DNA of 64,000 bases from Thermoleophilaceae bacterium (GTDB lineage: Bacteria > Actinomycetota > Thermoleophilia > Solirubrobacterales > Thermoleophilaceae), in NCBI GenBank assembly GCA_030447725.1, contig JAUJOQ010000007.1, positions 42,870-106,869 on the forward strand, written 5' to 3'. The notes under the pieces are model-generated. The model worked only from the letters and a program-made list of their open reading frames with translations, searched no databases and was not told where the DNA came from. The first letter of the stretch is position 1, and each line of letters begins with the position of its first letter. The translations under genes were made by a program, and so were the position numbers. Below are positions 10,298-18,170 of this stretch, piece after piece.

Positions 10298-13200
10298 CTA
10301 CAGCCCCCGCCGGCCCCAGGCGCGCAGGAAGCGCTGGGTGCCGCGCCTCGTGGAGGTGAGTGCCTTGTCGCCCAGGCCCACCTCCCTCACCCGACCCCTC
10401 TGGGTGCGGAAGAAAAGCCGCGACTTCCCGCCGCGCGCCGTGAACCACACGGAGCGCCCGACGCGGTAGCGCCTTTCGCCCCTGAGCCGCTGGCGCATCG
10501 CCCGGACGCGCATGCCCGTGCGGACGCCGCGAACCCGGAAGCGCTTGCTGGAGCTGATCACCAGCACCGCCTTGCGCCGGATCCGCTCGCGCGAACGGTT
10601 GCTGATCTTCGACGAGAGCCGCCTGGTGGGATAGCCGATGCGCATCTGACCGCCGCCACGGACGCAGTAGCGGTCGATCCCCTTGTGCGACTGCAGTCGC
10701 TTGGCGCCGAGAGCACGCCGCTGGCTCGTCCGGGCGCGGCCCAGCCGCGCCTTGCCGAGCCCCCGCGCCTTGACGCCCCCACGAGTGGTGACGCACCTGC
10801 GTCGAGAGCTCCCGCCAGACCCGGCACCGCCACCCGCCTGGCCCGCGACGCACGCGGACGTGAAGTTGAGGGTCTGCCGCTCGCCACGGTCGATCGTGAC
10901 CTGCCGGGTGTTGCGCATCGTGCCGTCGGCCGTCTCGCAGGTCAGCGTCCAGCTTTCGACCTGTGCGGGCACGAAGGGATCCGGGCCCTGGAAGGTGACC
11001 GTCCCGTCGTACGGCTCTGTCGCCGCGAAGTTGTTAGCCCGGAACACGTACGCCCCGGCGATGTCCGGGCCCGACAGGGTGATCTGCTCGAAGTCGGTGG
11101 TGCCCTGCTGAGAGGTGCCGACCTCCGGCTCGCCTGCGTCGACGGTTCCGTTCGCGTTCGTATCGCGGAACAGCCGCGCGTCCCAGTCGCTCGTGATGGT
11201 CTGCCACTCGATCCGTACCGTGAACTTTTCGTTGTCGACCCCGGGCCCGTTGGCGGGGACCGTGAACGGGTGGTCGTTGTGGACCGCCGGGTCGTTGTTG
11301 TTGGGGTCGACCGGATCGGGAGTGGCGCCGGCGGGACTGCCGGTGAACTCGACCTTCGGGCTCGGTTCGCCGCTCGGCACGCGCCCGGTGGACTTGGCCA
11401 CCGCAGGGCGGGTGGACGGGTTGATGTGCCACTCGAACGCCCCGGAGGCGGGCACCACCATCGAGGTGTCAAGCTTGTCCTCGAACTCGATCACGTCGGT
11501 TTCCTCGCCGTCGCGGATCACGGGCGACGTCTTGGTCATGAACGTCTTCGTCAGGCGCAGAACCGCTCCGGCCGGGGCGCTGCCCTCGATCACCGAGTGC
11601 CTCGTGGGGTTGGCCGTGCTCTCGAGAGCGATGAAGTAGGCCTCGCGGTTGCCCCCGCCCTCGCGACCGCCCTCGTCGGCGCGCGCGCTGGTGCCCTCAT
11701 ACTCCTTGACGACTTCGCTGTACGGCGGATGGAAGTGACCTTCGGTGCATCCGACGCGCTTGCCATCGGGCTCGTCGGGGATCACGCAGCCGATCTCGAA
11801 GGTGAAGCCGAAGCCACCCGTCGCCGGATATGTCCAGTCCTCGGTCGTGCCCGTGGTGTCGTAGAGCTCGAAGCCCTTCTGGCTCAGATAGCCGTTCTCG
11901 GCCGCCATCGCGTCGCCCAGGGCCTTGTAGCCCCGGTTCTCGTCGGGCGGCTCCCCGAGGCTCTGGACTCCCGGCGGGCGCAGGATCAGATCGGAGAAGG
12001 TGTGGTTGGTGATGAGCGTGGTGACGTGGCGCTTCGAGACAAGGTCACGGATGTTCTTGGTCTCCGGCTCGGAGAACGGGCCGGGGCCGCGGTAGTCCTC
12101 GTCGATGATCGACTCGCCTGCCCCCGGGCCGCCCCAGAGGCCGCCGTAGTTGCGGTTGGGGTCGACGCCCGTCGCCGCCAGACCGGCGGCGAAGCCCGCG
12201 TCGCAGTTGCCTGCCTCGCTGTCGTTGGCCAGGCGGCAGTTCTTGCGCCGGTACTCGCCGGTGGGGTTGGTCACGATGTTCACGACCTCGTTGCCCTGGC
12301 CGGGGTTCGGCGCGCCGCGGCCTCCGCCCGGGCCCTCCGCCGCCGCGATTCCGCGGGTACGGGAATGGTTGAACCCGTCCGGGTTGACCACCGGGATGAC
12401 GATCGTGCGCGTCCTGGCGAGGAGCCCGCGCACGCGGTCGCCGGCCGCGCCCGGCGCCTTGCTTCCGTTCACGAGCTCGTAGGCCCACTCCATAGCGTGC
12501 TCCCCGGAGGGCCACTCGCGCGCATGGTGGAGACCCATCTGGAGGAAGACCGGCTTTCCGTCGCGCGCGTTGACGTCCTCTGTGATCTCTATGCCCTGGA
12601 CGAAGCGGCCCTCGTAGGTCTTCGACGGCAGGACGATGGGCTTCACAAGCGTCGGATTGGCCTCCACCAGCTGCTTCATCTCGTTGTTGTAGTCCTCGAG
12701 CGTGCGGTACTTGTCGCGACCGCTGGGAAGCGCCGACCTGTTGACCGAGCGCGCGAAGCGGCGGTCGGCGGCGCGGTCGAGCTCGCTCTGGGCGTCAAGA
12801 TCCGCGATCTGCGTCGTGAACATGAACTTCGAGTCGCGCAGCGTGTTGGCGTCGTCCGCGCCGTGGAGGACGACATCGATGAAGCCATCCCCGGCGTGCT
12901 CGGTGAGGTCGAGCCCGAGGCCGGTCAGCTCGTTCTTGCGCGCCCTGGTGGGAGTCGAGACCCGTACCAGTGAGGCCTTCTCGACCTCGACGTCGGGCCC
13001 GAAAGCCTCGGAGCCGACGGTCAGGCGGGCGGTGTCGGCGCCGCCGGCACGCCGGCAGGCCTGCAAGGTCAGCTCCTGGCCCTGGGCCACGAGCCCGTTC
13101 GCGACCTCGCTGGCGCCGAAGAACGCCGACCCGGTGACCCTCCGGCCCGTCAGCGCGTCGAAGACCGCCAGATCCCAGTCACCCGAGGGCGCCTCGAGGC

Positions 13201-13408
13201 GCGCTGTGAGGCTTCCGGCCGCCGGCGCGGTAAGCGAGCGCTGCACGTAGCCCTCGCCTCCGTCGAGCGGACGGTCGATGCAGCTGCGCTTGACGGCGTC
13301 GGCCACCGATAGGTCGGTGGAGAGGATCTCGCCCGCGGCCGCGGGGGACGCGGCGGTGGCGAGCACGGACACGGTGAGCGCCGCGCACGCGGCAATCTGA
13401 CGTCTCAT
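10298..13408 (-). CDS. Secreted M14-family zinc carboxypeptidase-like protein with Arg-rich C-terminal domain
   Basis: Signal peptide MRRQIAACAALTVSVLATAASPAAAG. M14 motifs are HHAREW (HxxE), VVNPDGF and TNHTFSDLILRPPG. Alternative ATG at 13441 (ATGA overlap with the dsbA-like stop), but codons 13409-13441 have low GC3, which favours 13408. Confidence 0.85.
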   Translation of the reverse strand: MRRQIAACAALTVSVLATAASPAAAGEILSTDLSVADAVKRSCIDRPLDGGEGYVQRSLTAPAAGSLTARLEAPSGDWDLAVFDALTGRRVTGSAFFGASEVANGLVAQGQELTLQACRRAGGADTARLTVGSEAFGPDVEVEKASLVRVSTPTRARKNELTGLGLDLTEHAGDGFIDVVLHGADDANTLRDSKFMFTTQIADLDAQSELDRAADRRFARSVNRSALPSGRDKYRTLEDYNNEMKQLVEANPTLVKPIVLPSKTYEGRFVQGIEITEDVNARDGKPVFLQMGLHHAREWPSGEHAMEWAYELVNGSKAPGAAGDRVRGLLARTRTIVIPVVNPDGFNHSRTRGIAAAEGPGGGRGAPNPGQGNEVVNIVTNPTGEYRRKNCRLANDSEAGNCDAGFAAGLAATGVDPNRNYGGLWGGPGAGESIIDEDYRGPGPFSEPETKNIRDLVSKRHVTTLITNHTFSDLILRPPGVQSLGEPPDENRGYKALGDAMAAENGYLSQKGFELYDTTGTTEDWTYPATGGFGFTFEIGCVIPDEPDGKRVGCTEGHFHPPYSEVVKEYEGTSARADEGGREGGGNREAYFIALESTANPTRHSVIEGSAPAGAVLRLTKTFMTKTSPVIRDGEETDVIEFEDKLDTSMVVPASGAFEWHINPSTRPAVAKSTGRVPSGEPSPKVEFTGSPAGATPDPVDPNNNDPAVHNDHPFTVPANGPGVDNEKFTVRIEWQTITSDWDARLFRDTNANGTVDAGEPEVGTSQQGTTDFEQITLSGPDIAGAYVFRANNFAATEPYDGTVTFQGPDPFVPAQVESWTLTCETADGTMRNTRQVTIDRGERQTLNFTSACVAGQAGGGAGSGGSSRRRCVTTRGGVKARGLGKARLGRARTSQRRALGAKRLQSHKGIDRYCVRGGGQMRIGYPTRRLSSKISNRSRERIRRKAVLVISSSKRFRVRGVRTGMRVRAMRQRLRGERRYRVGRSVWFTARGGKSRLFFRTQRGRVREVGLGDKALTSTRRGTQRFLRAWGRRGL

Positions 13409-13437
13409 TGGCGAAAGTTTTACACCAACCGTGCGCT

Positions 13438-13893
13438 TCATGAATCAGGTGGGATCTGTTTGTCGTCCATCCCGGCCAGGCGCGCGAGCAGAATGGGGTC
13501 GGGCACGCCGGAGTGGGCCACGCCGTCCACGAACACGGTCGGGGTGCTCGTGACCCCGGCGCGGATCCCGGAGCGGAAGTCACGGCTGACCCGGTCGGCG
13601 AGAGCATCGGACCGGCGGTCGGACTCGAAACGGCGAACGTCGAGTCCCAGGCGCTCGCAGCGCTCCCACAGGTGGGGATCGTCGAGGTGGCCCTGGTCGG
13701 CCAGGAGCGAGTCGTGCATCTCCCAGAAGGCGCCCTGCAACGCCGCGGCCTCGGCCGCTATCGCCAGGACCCGGGCCCGCGGGTGCTTGGAGACCACCGG
13801 GAAGTGGCGGAACACCCGGCGGAGGGGGATCTCATCCAGCAGCCGGCTCGTGCGGGCGCAGTAGGGGCACTCCAGATCGGAGTACTCGATCAC
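13438..13893 (-). CDS. DsbA-family thiol:disulfide oxidoreductase
   Basis: CPYC active site in EYSDLECPYCA. The in-frame upstream sequence GDHVRGEGRL belongs to the conserved N-terminus, so the likely 5' end is near CTG 13968 (see findings). Confidence 0.8.
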   Translation of the reverse strand: MIEYSDLECPYCARTSRLLDEIPLRRVFRHFPVVSKHPRARVLAIAAEAAALQGAFWEMHDSLLADQGHLDDPHLWERCERLGLDVRRFESDRRSDALADRVSRDFRSGIRAGVTSTPTVFVDGVAHSGVPDPILLARLAGMDDKQIPPDS

Positions 13894-13960
13894 GAGCCTG
13901 CCCTCGCCGCGGACGTGATCTCCGGCTCCCTCGGGAGGCGGCGCCGCGCTGCCGAGCCCC

Positions 13961-14422
13961 TCACGCAGCCGCTTGCTCGAGAGCGTCGAAGATCAGGTTG
14001 GCGCCGGGGATCTCCAGCGGGGAGGGCGACGCGTGGGCCCACACCACGTCGAGCTCCGGGCCGATCATCACCAACGCGCGCTGGTTGTGGCCGCGCTCCT
14101 CGACGTAGACACCGTAGGCCTTCGACACCTCACCCTTGGGATGGAAGTCGGCCAGGAGGGGGATCGAGACGCCCATCTGCTGCTGGAAGGCCTTGTGCGC
14201 GAAGGCCGAGTCGACCGAGATGCCGTAGAGCTTGGCGCCCTTGGCCTCCAGCTCTGGGAGCACCTCCTGGTAGACGTTCAGCTGGTCGGTGCAGACAGGA
14301 CTGAAGTCCAGCGGATAGAAGGCCAGCACCGAGATCTGGCCGGCAAGGTCCTGTAGGGAAACCTCGTCGCCGTCCTGATCGGGCAGCGTGAAGTCGGGAG
14401 CGACAGCACCCGCCTGGATCAT
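13961..14422 (-). CDS. Peroxiredoxin (AhpC/TSA family)
   Basis: ATG at 14422 within ORF 13961..14725. [11 protein letters not shown]...[14 protein letters not shown] peroxidatic Cys motif. The start overlaps the rpsO stop (ATGA). Confidence 0.85.
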   Translation of the reverse strand: MIQAGAVAPDFTLPDQDGDEVSLQDLAGQISVLAFYPLDFSPVCTDQLNVYQEVLPELEAKGAKLYGISVDSAFAHKAFQQQMGVSIPLLADFHPKGEVSKAYGVYVEERGHNQRALVMIGPELDVVWAHASPSPLEIPGANLIFDALEQAAA

Positions 14423-14688
14423 CGGCGGAGGCCGAGCTCCTTGATCAGCGCACGGTAACGGTCGAGGTCGGTGCGCTGGAGGTAGCCAAGCAGGCGCCGG
14501 CGCTTGCCGACGAGCATCAGCAGCCCCCGGCGCGAATGGTGATCCTTGCGATGCTCGCGCAGGTGCTCGGTGAGCTCGTTGATCCGCGCCGTGAGCAGGG
14601 CCACCTGGACCTCGGCGGAGCCGGTGTCGTTCTCGCCGCGGCCGTGCTTGGCGACGATCTCCTGCTTCTGGTCGACGGTCAGCGTCAT
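14419..14688 (-). CDS. rpsO: 30S ribosomal protein S15
   Basis: 89 aa; ...[47 protein letters not shown]. Confidence 0.97.
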   Translation of the reverse strand: MTLTVDQKQEIVAKHGRGENDTGSAEVQVALLTARINELTEHLREHRKDHHSRRGLLMLVGKRRRLLGYLQRTDLDRYRALIKELGLRR

Positions 14689-14728
14689 GCGGCGCGAAAC
14701 GGTAGCAGCGCGTCGAGGTCGGCACAGC

Positions 14729-15622
14729 TCATGTGCCGGCCGCGCATATCTCCCTCGCCTGCTCCACGTCCCTGTTCATCTGAGCCACCAGATCGTCCAC
14801 CGACTCGAAGCGCTGCTCTCCCCGCATCCGCTCCACGAGGGCGACCCTGAGCCTCTCCCCGTACAGGTCCCCCTCGAAATCGATCAGGTAGGCCTCCACC
14901 AGCAGGCCGCGGCCGGTCTCGAAGGTGGGCCTCACGCCGACGTTGACGGCCGCCGTGTAGCCGTGGGCCCAGCCGGCGTACACCCCGTGGCCCGGCGCCA
15001 CCAGGAGAGGGTCGGGCACGATGTTGGCCGTGGGCATGCCCAGCTCGCGGCCGCGCTTGTCCCCGTGGACGACCTCGCCCTCGATCAGGTAGGGCCCGCC
15101 CAGGAACTGCGCCGCCTTGTCCACCTCCCCGGCGGCCACCAGCCCCCGGATCTGGCTCGACGACACGGTCTCCTCAGCCACGCCAACCAGCGGCACCACC
15201 CGGGTCGAGAACTCGCCGTAGGACGCCAGGAACCCGGGCGTGCCACGCGCGCCCTTTCCGAAGCGGAAGTTCTCTCCGACCGAGACGCTTTCGGCGCCCA
15301 GCTGGCCGATCAGCACGCCTTCCACGAAGTCCTCGGCGCTGCGGTCGGCGAAGTCGCGGTCGAACGGGATCACCACCAGCTCCTGCACCCCGAGCCCCGC
15401 GATCACGTCCCGCTTGATGGAGTAAGGCATCAACAGCTTGGGGCGTGCGTCAGGTCTGATCACCGCCTGCGGGTGCGGGTCGAACGTGAGCACCGTGTCG
15501 TTGCCGCGGATCACCTCCCGATGCCCCAGATGCACGCCGTCGAAGGTGCCGATGGCCACTCGCCGCGGCGGCGCCTCGCCCGGATGAGCCACAGGAACGT
15601 CCGGGAGGCTCGTGACCTTCAT
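14729..15622 (-). CDS. ribF: Bifunctional riboflavin kinase/FAD synthetase
   Basis: 297 aa; [16 protein letters not shown] nucleotidyltransferase motif and the C-terminal riboflavin kinase domain (PTANI..., RPTF). Confidence 0.95.
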   Translation of the reverse strand: MKVTSLPDVPVAHPGEAPPRRVAIGTFDGVHLGHREVIRGNDTVLTFDPHPQAVIRPDARPKLLMPYSIKRDVIAGLGVQELVVIPFDRDFADRSAEDFVEGVLIGQLGAESVSVGENFRFGKGARGTPGFLASYGEFSTRVVPLVGVAEETVSSSQIRGLVAAGEVDKAAQFLGGPYLIEGEVVHGDKRGRELGMPTANIVPDPLLVAPGHGVYAGWAHGYTAAVNVGVRPTFETGRGLLVEAYLIDFEGDLYGERLRVALVERMRGEQRFESVDDLVAQMNRDVEQAREICAAGT

Positions 15623-16461
15623 CCGGCGAACACTACGACGGGCTGGAGCTCCGAGCCCCGTGGCTCGGCCACCGCGATCAGGTCGCCGCCGTGGGTCAGT
15701 CGCAGCGCATCCGCGACCGGGGCGCCGACCGCCGCGACGCGTACTCCGTGCGCCACCTGGCGTGCCTCCACCTCACCGAGAGGGTGCTCGGGCAGGAAGG
15801 CGAGCGCCTCGCCCACCCCCACCACCCGGTCGGGGTCCGCATCGCCCAGGCTGAAGGAGCCGATCGCGGTGCGCTCGAGCTCCTCGCAGTACGCATCCCC
15901 CAGGTCGGCGACGAGCTGGCGGATGTAGGTGCCCGAGGAGCACTCGATCTCGAAGGCCGCCCGCTCGCGCTCCAGCCAGAGCCGCGTCGCGCGGTGCACT
16001 TTGACCGGGCGCGCCTCACCCTGCATCGCTTCGCCGCGGCGCGCCTTCTTGTAGAGCGCCTCTCCCCCCACCTTGACCGCCGAGTACGCGGGCGGGCGCT
16101 GCATCAGGTCGCCGGTGGGGATATGCGGGTCCGCGGGTAGCCGGCCGGTCTGCTCGAGTACGCCGTCACGGTCTCCGGTGTCCGAGAGCCACCCCAACCG
16201 GGCTATGACCCGGTAGGTCTTGGGCAGGGCCAGCAGGTAGCGCTGGGCACGCGTCGCGCGCCCCACCAGCACCAGCAGCAGCCCTGTCGCGAACGGGTCG
16301 AGCGTGCCGGCGTGCCCGACCTTGGTGGCGCGCGGCAACGACCGCCGGACGCCGGCAACCACGTCGTGCGAGGTGACTCCGGCGGGCTTGGGGAAGAGGA
16401 TTACGCCGGTGCGCAAGCCGACCGGGTCAGACGGCCCCGAGCTGCGTGGCCACCTGCTCAC
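15619..16461 (-). CDS. truB: tRNA pseudouridine(55) synthase
   Basis: KPAGVTSHDVV...VGHAGTLDPFATGLL catalytic Asp motif. TTG at 16416, just after the nrnA stop, is an alternative start. Confidence 0.92.
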   Translation of the reverse strand: MSRWPRSSGPSDPVGLRTGVILFPKPAGVTSHDVVAGVRRSLPRATKVGHAGTLDPFATGLLLVLVGRATRAQRYLLALPKTYRVIARLGWLSDTGDRDGVLEQTGRLPADPHIPTGDLMQRPPAYSAVKVGGEALYKKARRGEAMQGEARPVKVHRATRLWLERERAAFEIECSSGTYIRQLVADLGDAYCEELERTAIGSFSLGDADPDRVVGVGEALAFLPEHPLGEVEARQVAHGVRVAAVGAPVADALRLTHGGDLIAVAEPRGSELQPVVVFAG

Positions 16462-17455
16462 GCAGGGTGGTAACCAGCTCGTCGGGCGCGAGCTCTGTGG
16501 TGAAGCCCGCCGCCTGGCGGTGGCCCCCGCCGCCGAGGTTGCGGGCGATCAGCGACACGTCGACCTCGCCGTCGGTGGCACGCAGGCTCACCTTGCGCCG
16601 GCCGCGACGGTCATCGGACAGGAGCTCACGCACCAGTACCGCGACCTTCGTCTGCTCCACGGCCCGGAGGTGGTCGACCACGCCCTCGGAGTCGGTCTCG
16701 AGCGCTCCGGTCTGCTCGTAGTCCGAACGGGTGAGCATGGCCATCGTGATCGAGCCCTCGTCGTAGCGGGCAACGCCCTGCAGCGCCCGCGTGAGCAACT
16801 CGAGGCGGCGGAAGGGAAGATCCTCGAACAGCCGGCGGTAGACCCGGTGGGTGTCCACGCCGACCTCGATCAGATCCGCGGCCATCCGATGGGCGGTCGG
16901 AGTGGTGTTCTCGTACATGAAGCGTCCGGTGTCGGTGACCAGCCCCACGTACAGGGCTTCGGCGATGCGCGGGGTGATCTCGGCGCGCAGCTCGCGCGCC
17001 AGGTCGAAGACGATCTCGGCGGTGCACGACGCCTCGGGCACCACCAGGTTGACGGTGCCGAAGCGCGTGTTGTCGTGGTGGTGGTCGACGTTGAGGATGT
17101 GCATGCCCTCGCGCCGGAGGAAGTCCATGGGCATACGGTCGATGTTGCCGCAGTCGAGAAAGACCACCGTGCGGTCGTCCACGTCGTCCGGGGCAGCTCC
17201 GAGCAGGCCGTCGAAGGTCATGTGCCGGTACTCGTGCGACAGCGGGAACTCGTCGGGCGACATGTACATCACGGAGTCCTTGCCGAGCTGCTCGAGCACC
17301 CAGTGCATGGCGAGCAGCGAGCCGAGAGCGTCTCCGTCCGGGTTCTCGTGGGTCGTGAGCAGGAAGCGGTCGGCCCGCCGCAGCTCATCGGCCACCTGAT
17401 CGAGCCCCCTCTGCAGGGTGACCCCCGCGAAATCTTCCCTCGGGCTAACGCTCAC
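16427..17455 (-). CDS. nrnA: DHH/DHHA1 phosphoesterase (NrnA-type oligoribonuclease/pAp phosphatase)
   Basis: THENPDGDALGS, DHHH and GGGH motifs. GTG start overlaps the rbfA stop (GTGA). Confidence 0.85.
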   Translation of the reverse strand: MSVSPREDFAGVTLQRGLDQVADELRRADRFLLTTHENPDGDALGSLLAMHWVLEQLGKDSVMYMSPDEFPLSHEYRHMTFDGLLGAAPDDVDDRTVVFLDCGNIDRMPMDFLRREGMHILNVDHHHDNTRFGTVNLVVPEASCTAEIVFDLARELRAEITPRIAEALYVGLVTDTGRFMYENTTPTAHRMAADLIEVGVDTHRVYRRLFEDLPFRRLELLTRALQGVARYDEGSITMAMLTRSDYEQTGALETDSEGVVDHLRAVEQTKVAVLVRELLSDDRRGRRKVSLRATDGEVDVSLIARNLGGGGHRQAAGFTTELAPDELVTTLREQVATQLGAV

Positions 17456-17850
17456 TTCTCAGGACCGTCCCCCGAAGGATTCGGCATGGATGCCGAATGC
17501 TCCCCGTCCTCTCCGGCAGCTTCCTCCAGAAGCTCGGAGATCCGAAAGCCGCGGTCGATCGCCTCGTCGTGCAGGAACTCGAGCGTCGGCGTGCGCTTCA
17601 TCCGTACCTCGGCCGCGATCGAGGCCTGTAGATGGCCGCGTGACGATGTCAATCCGATCAGCGAGTCCGCTCGTTCCTCCTCAGAGCCGAGCACGCTCAC
17701 GTACACCCGCGCGTGGCTCAGGTCAGGGGCTGTCTCGACGGCGGTCACTGTCACGAATCCTATGCGCGGATCTTTGAGATCGGCGGTGATGTGAGCCGAG
17801 AGAACCTCCCTCAGCGCCTCGTTCACCCGCCTCATGCGGTCGGCGGGCAC
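17452..17850 (-). CDS. rbfA: Ribosome-binding factor A
   Basis: 132 aa; RVNEALREVLS...DPRIGFVTVT.VE.APDLSHARVYVSV. The C-terminal tail contains palindromic-element copy 1. Confidence 0.93.
   Translation of the reverse strand: MPADRMRRVNEALREVLSAHITADLKDPRIGFVTVTAVETAPDLSHARVYVSVLGSEEERADSLIGLTSSRGHLQASIAAEVRMKRTPTLEFLHDEAIDRGFRISELLEEAAGEDGEHSASMPNPSGDGPEK
17473..17503. repeat. Palindromic mini-element, copy 1 (in rbfA 3' end, 18 nt upstream of the nrnA start)
   Basis: CGAAGGATTCGGCAT-GG-ATGCCGAATGCTC. The 9-bp arms ATTCGGCAT/ATGCCGAAT are perfect. About 50% GC in a roughly 70% GC background. Confidence 0.8.
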
Positions 17851-17851
17851 T

Positions 17852-18157
17852 CTAGTCCTCTCCCAGGTCGTCGGTCGACAGGATCCGGCGGTCCCACCGC
17901 ACGCAGTCTCCGAAACGCGATTCGGTGAAGCGCTGCACGGAATCCGCGAGCTCGTCGACCTTCCCGCGCTCGCGCCCGACCAGGGCCATGGTGAGGGTCG
18001 CTCGCTGCCACAGGTCGTGATGGTCGGTCTCGGCCACAGCGGCGCCGAAGCGCCCGCGCAACTGCGCCTTCAGCGACTGGACGTGCTTGCGCTTGCCCTT
18101 CAGGCCGGCGTTCTCGGGCAGGTGGAGATCGAGGGTCAGGAGGCAGAGGAAGGCCAT
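17852..18157 (-). CDS. DUF503 (YlxP-like) protein
   Basis: 101 aa in the infB-rbfA intergene position; LTLDLHLPE..LKGKR motif. Confidence 0.8.
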   Translation of the reverse strand: MAFLCLLTLDLHLPENAGLKGKRKHVQSLKAQLRGRFGAAVAETDHHDLWQRATLTMALVGRERGKVDELADSVQRFTESRFGDCVRWDRRILSTDDLGED

Positions 18158-18170
18158 AGGGGCCCCACCG

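Noticed and set aside
13409-13441. ATG 13441 (ATGA overlap with the dsbA-like stop) as the start of the M14 peptidase.
   Set aside because: Codons 13409-13441 (aag cgc acg gtt ggt gta aaa ctt tcg cca) have only about 40% GC3, against more than 85% in the surrounding genes. The second ATG (13408) gives a textbook signal peptide. 13441 is kept as an alternative only.
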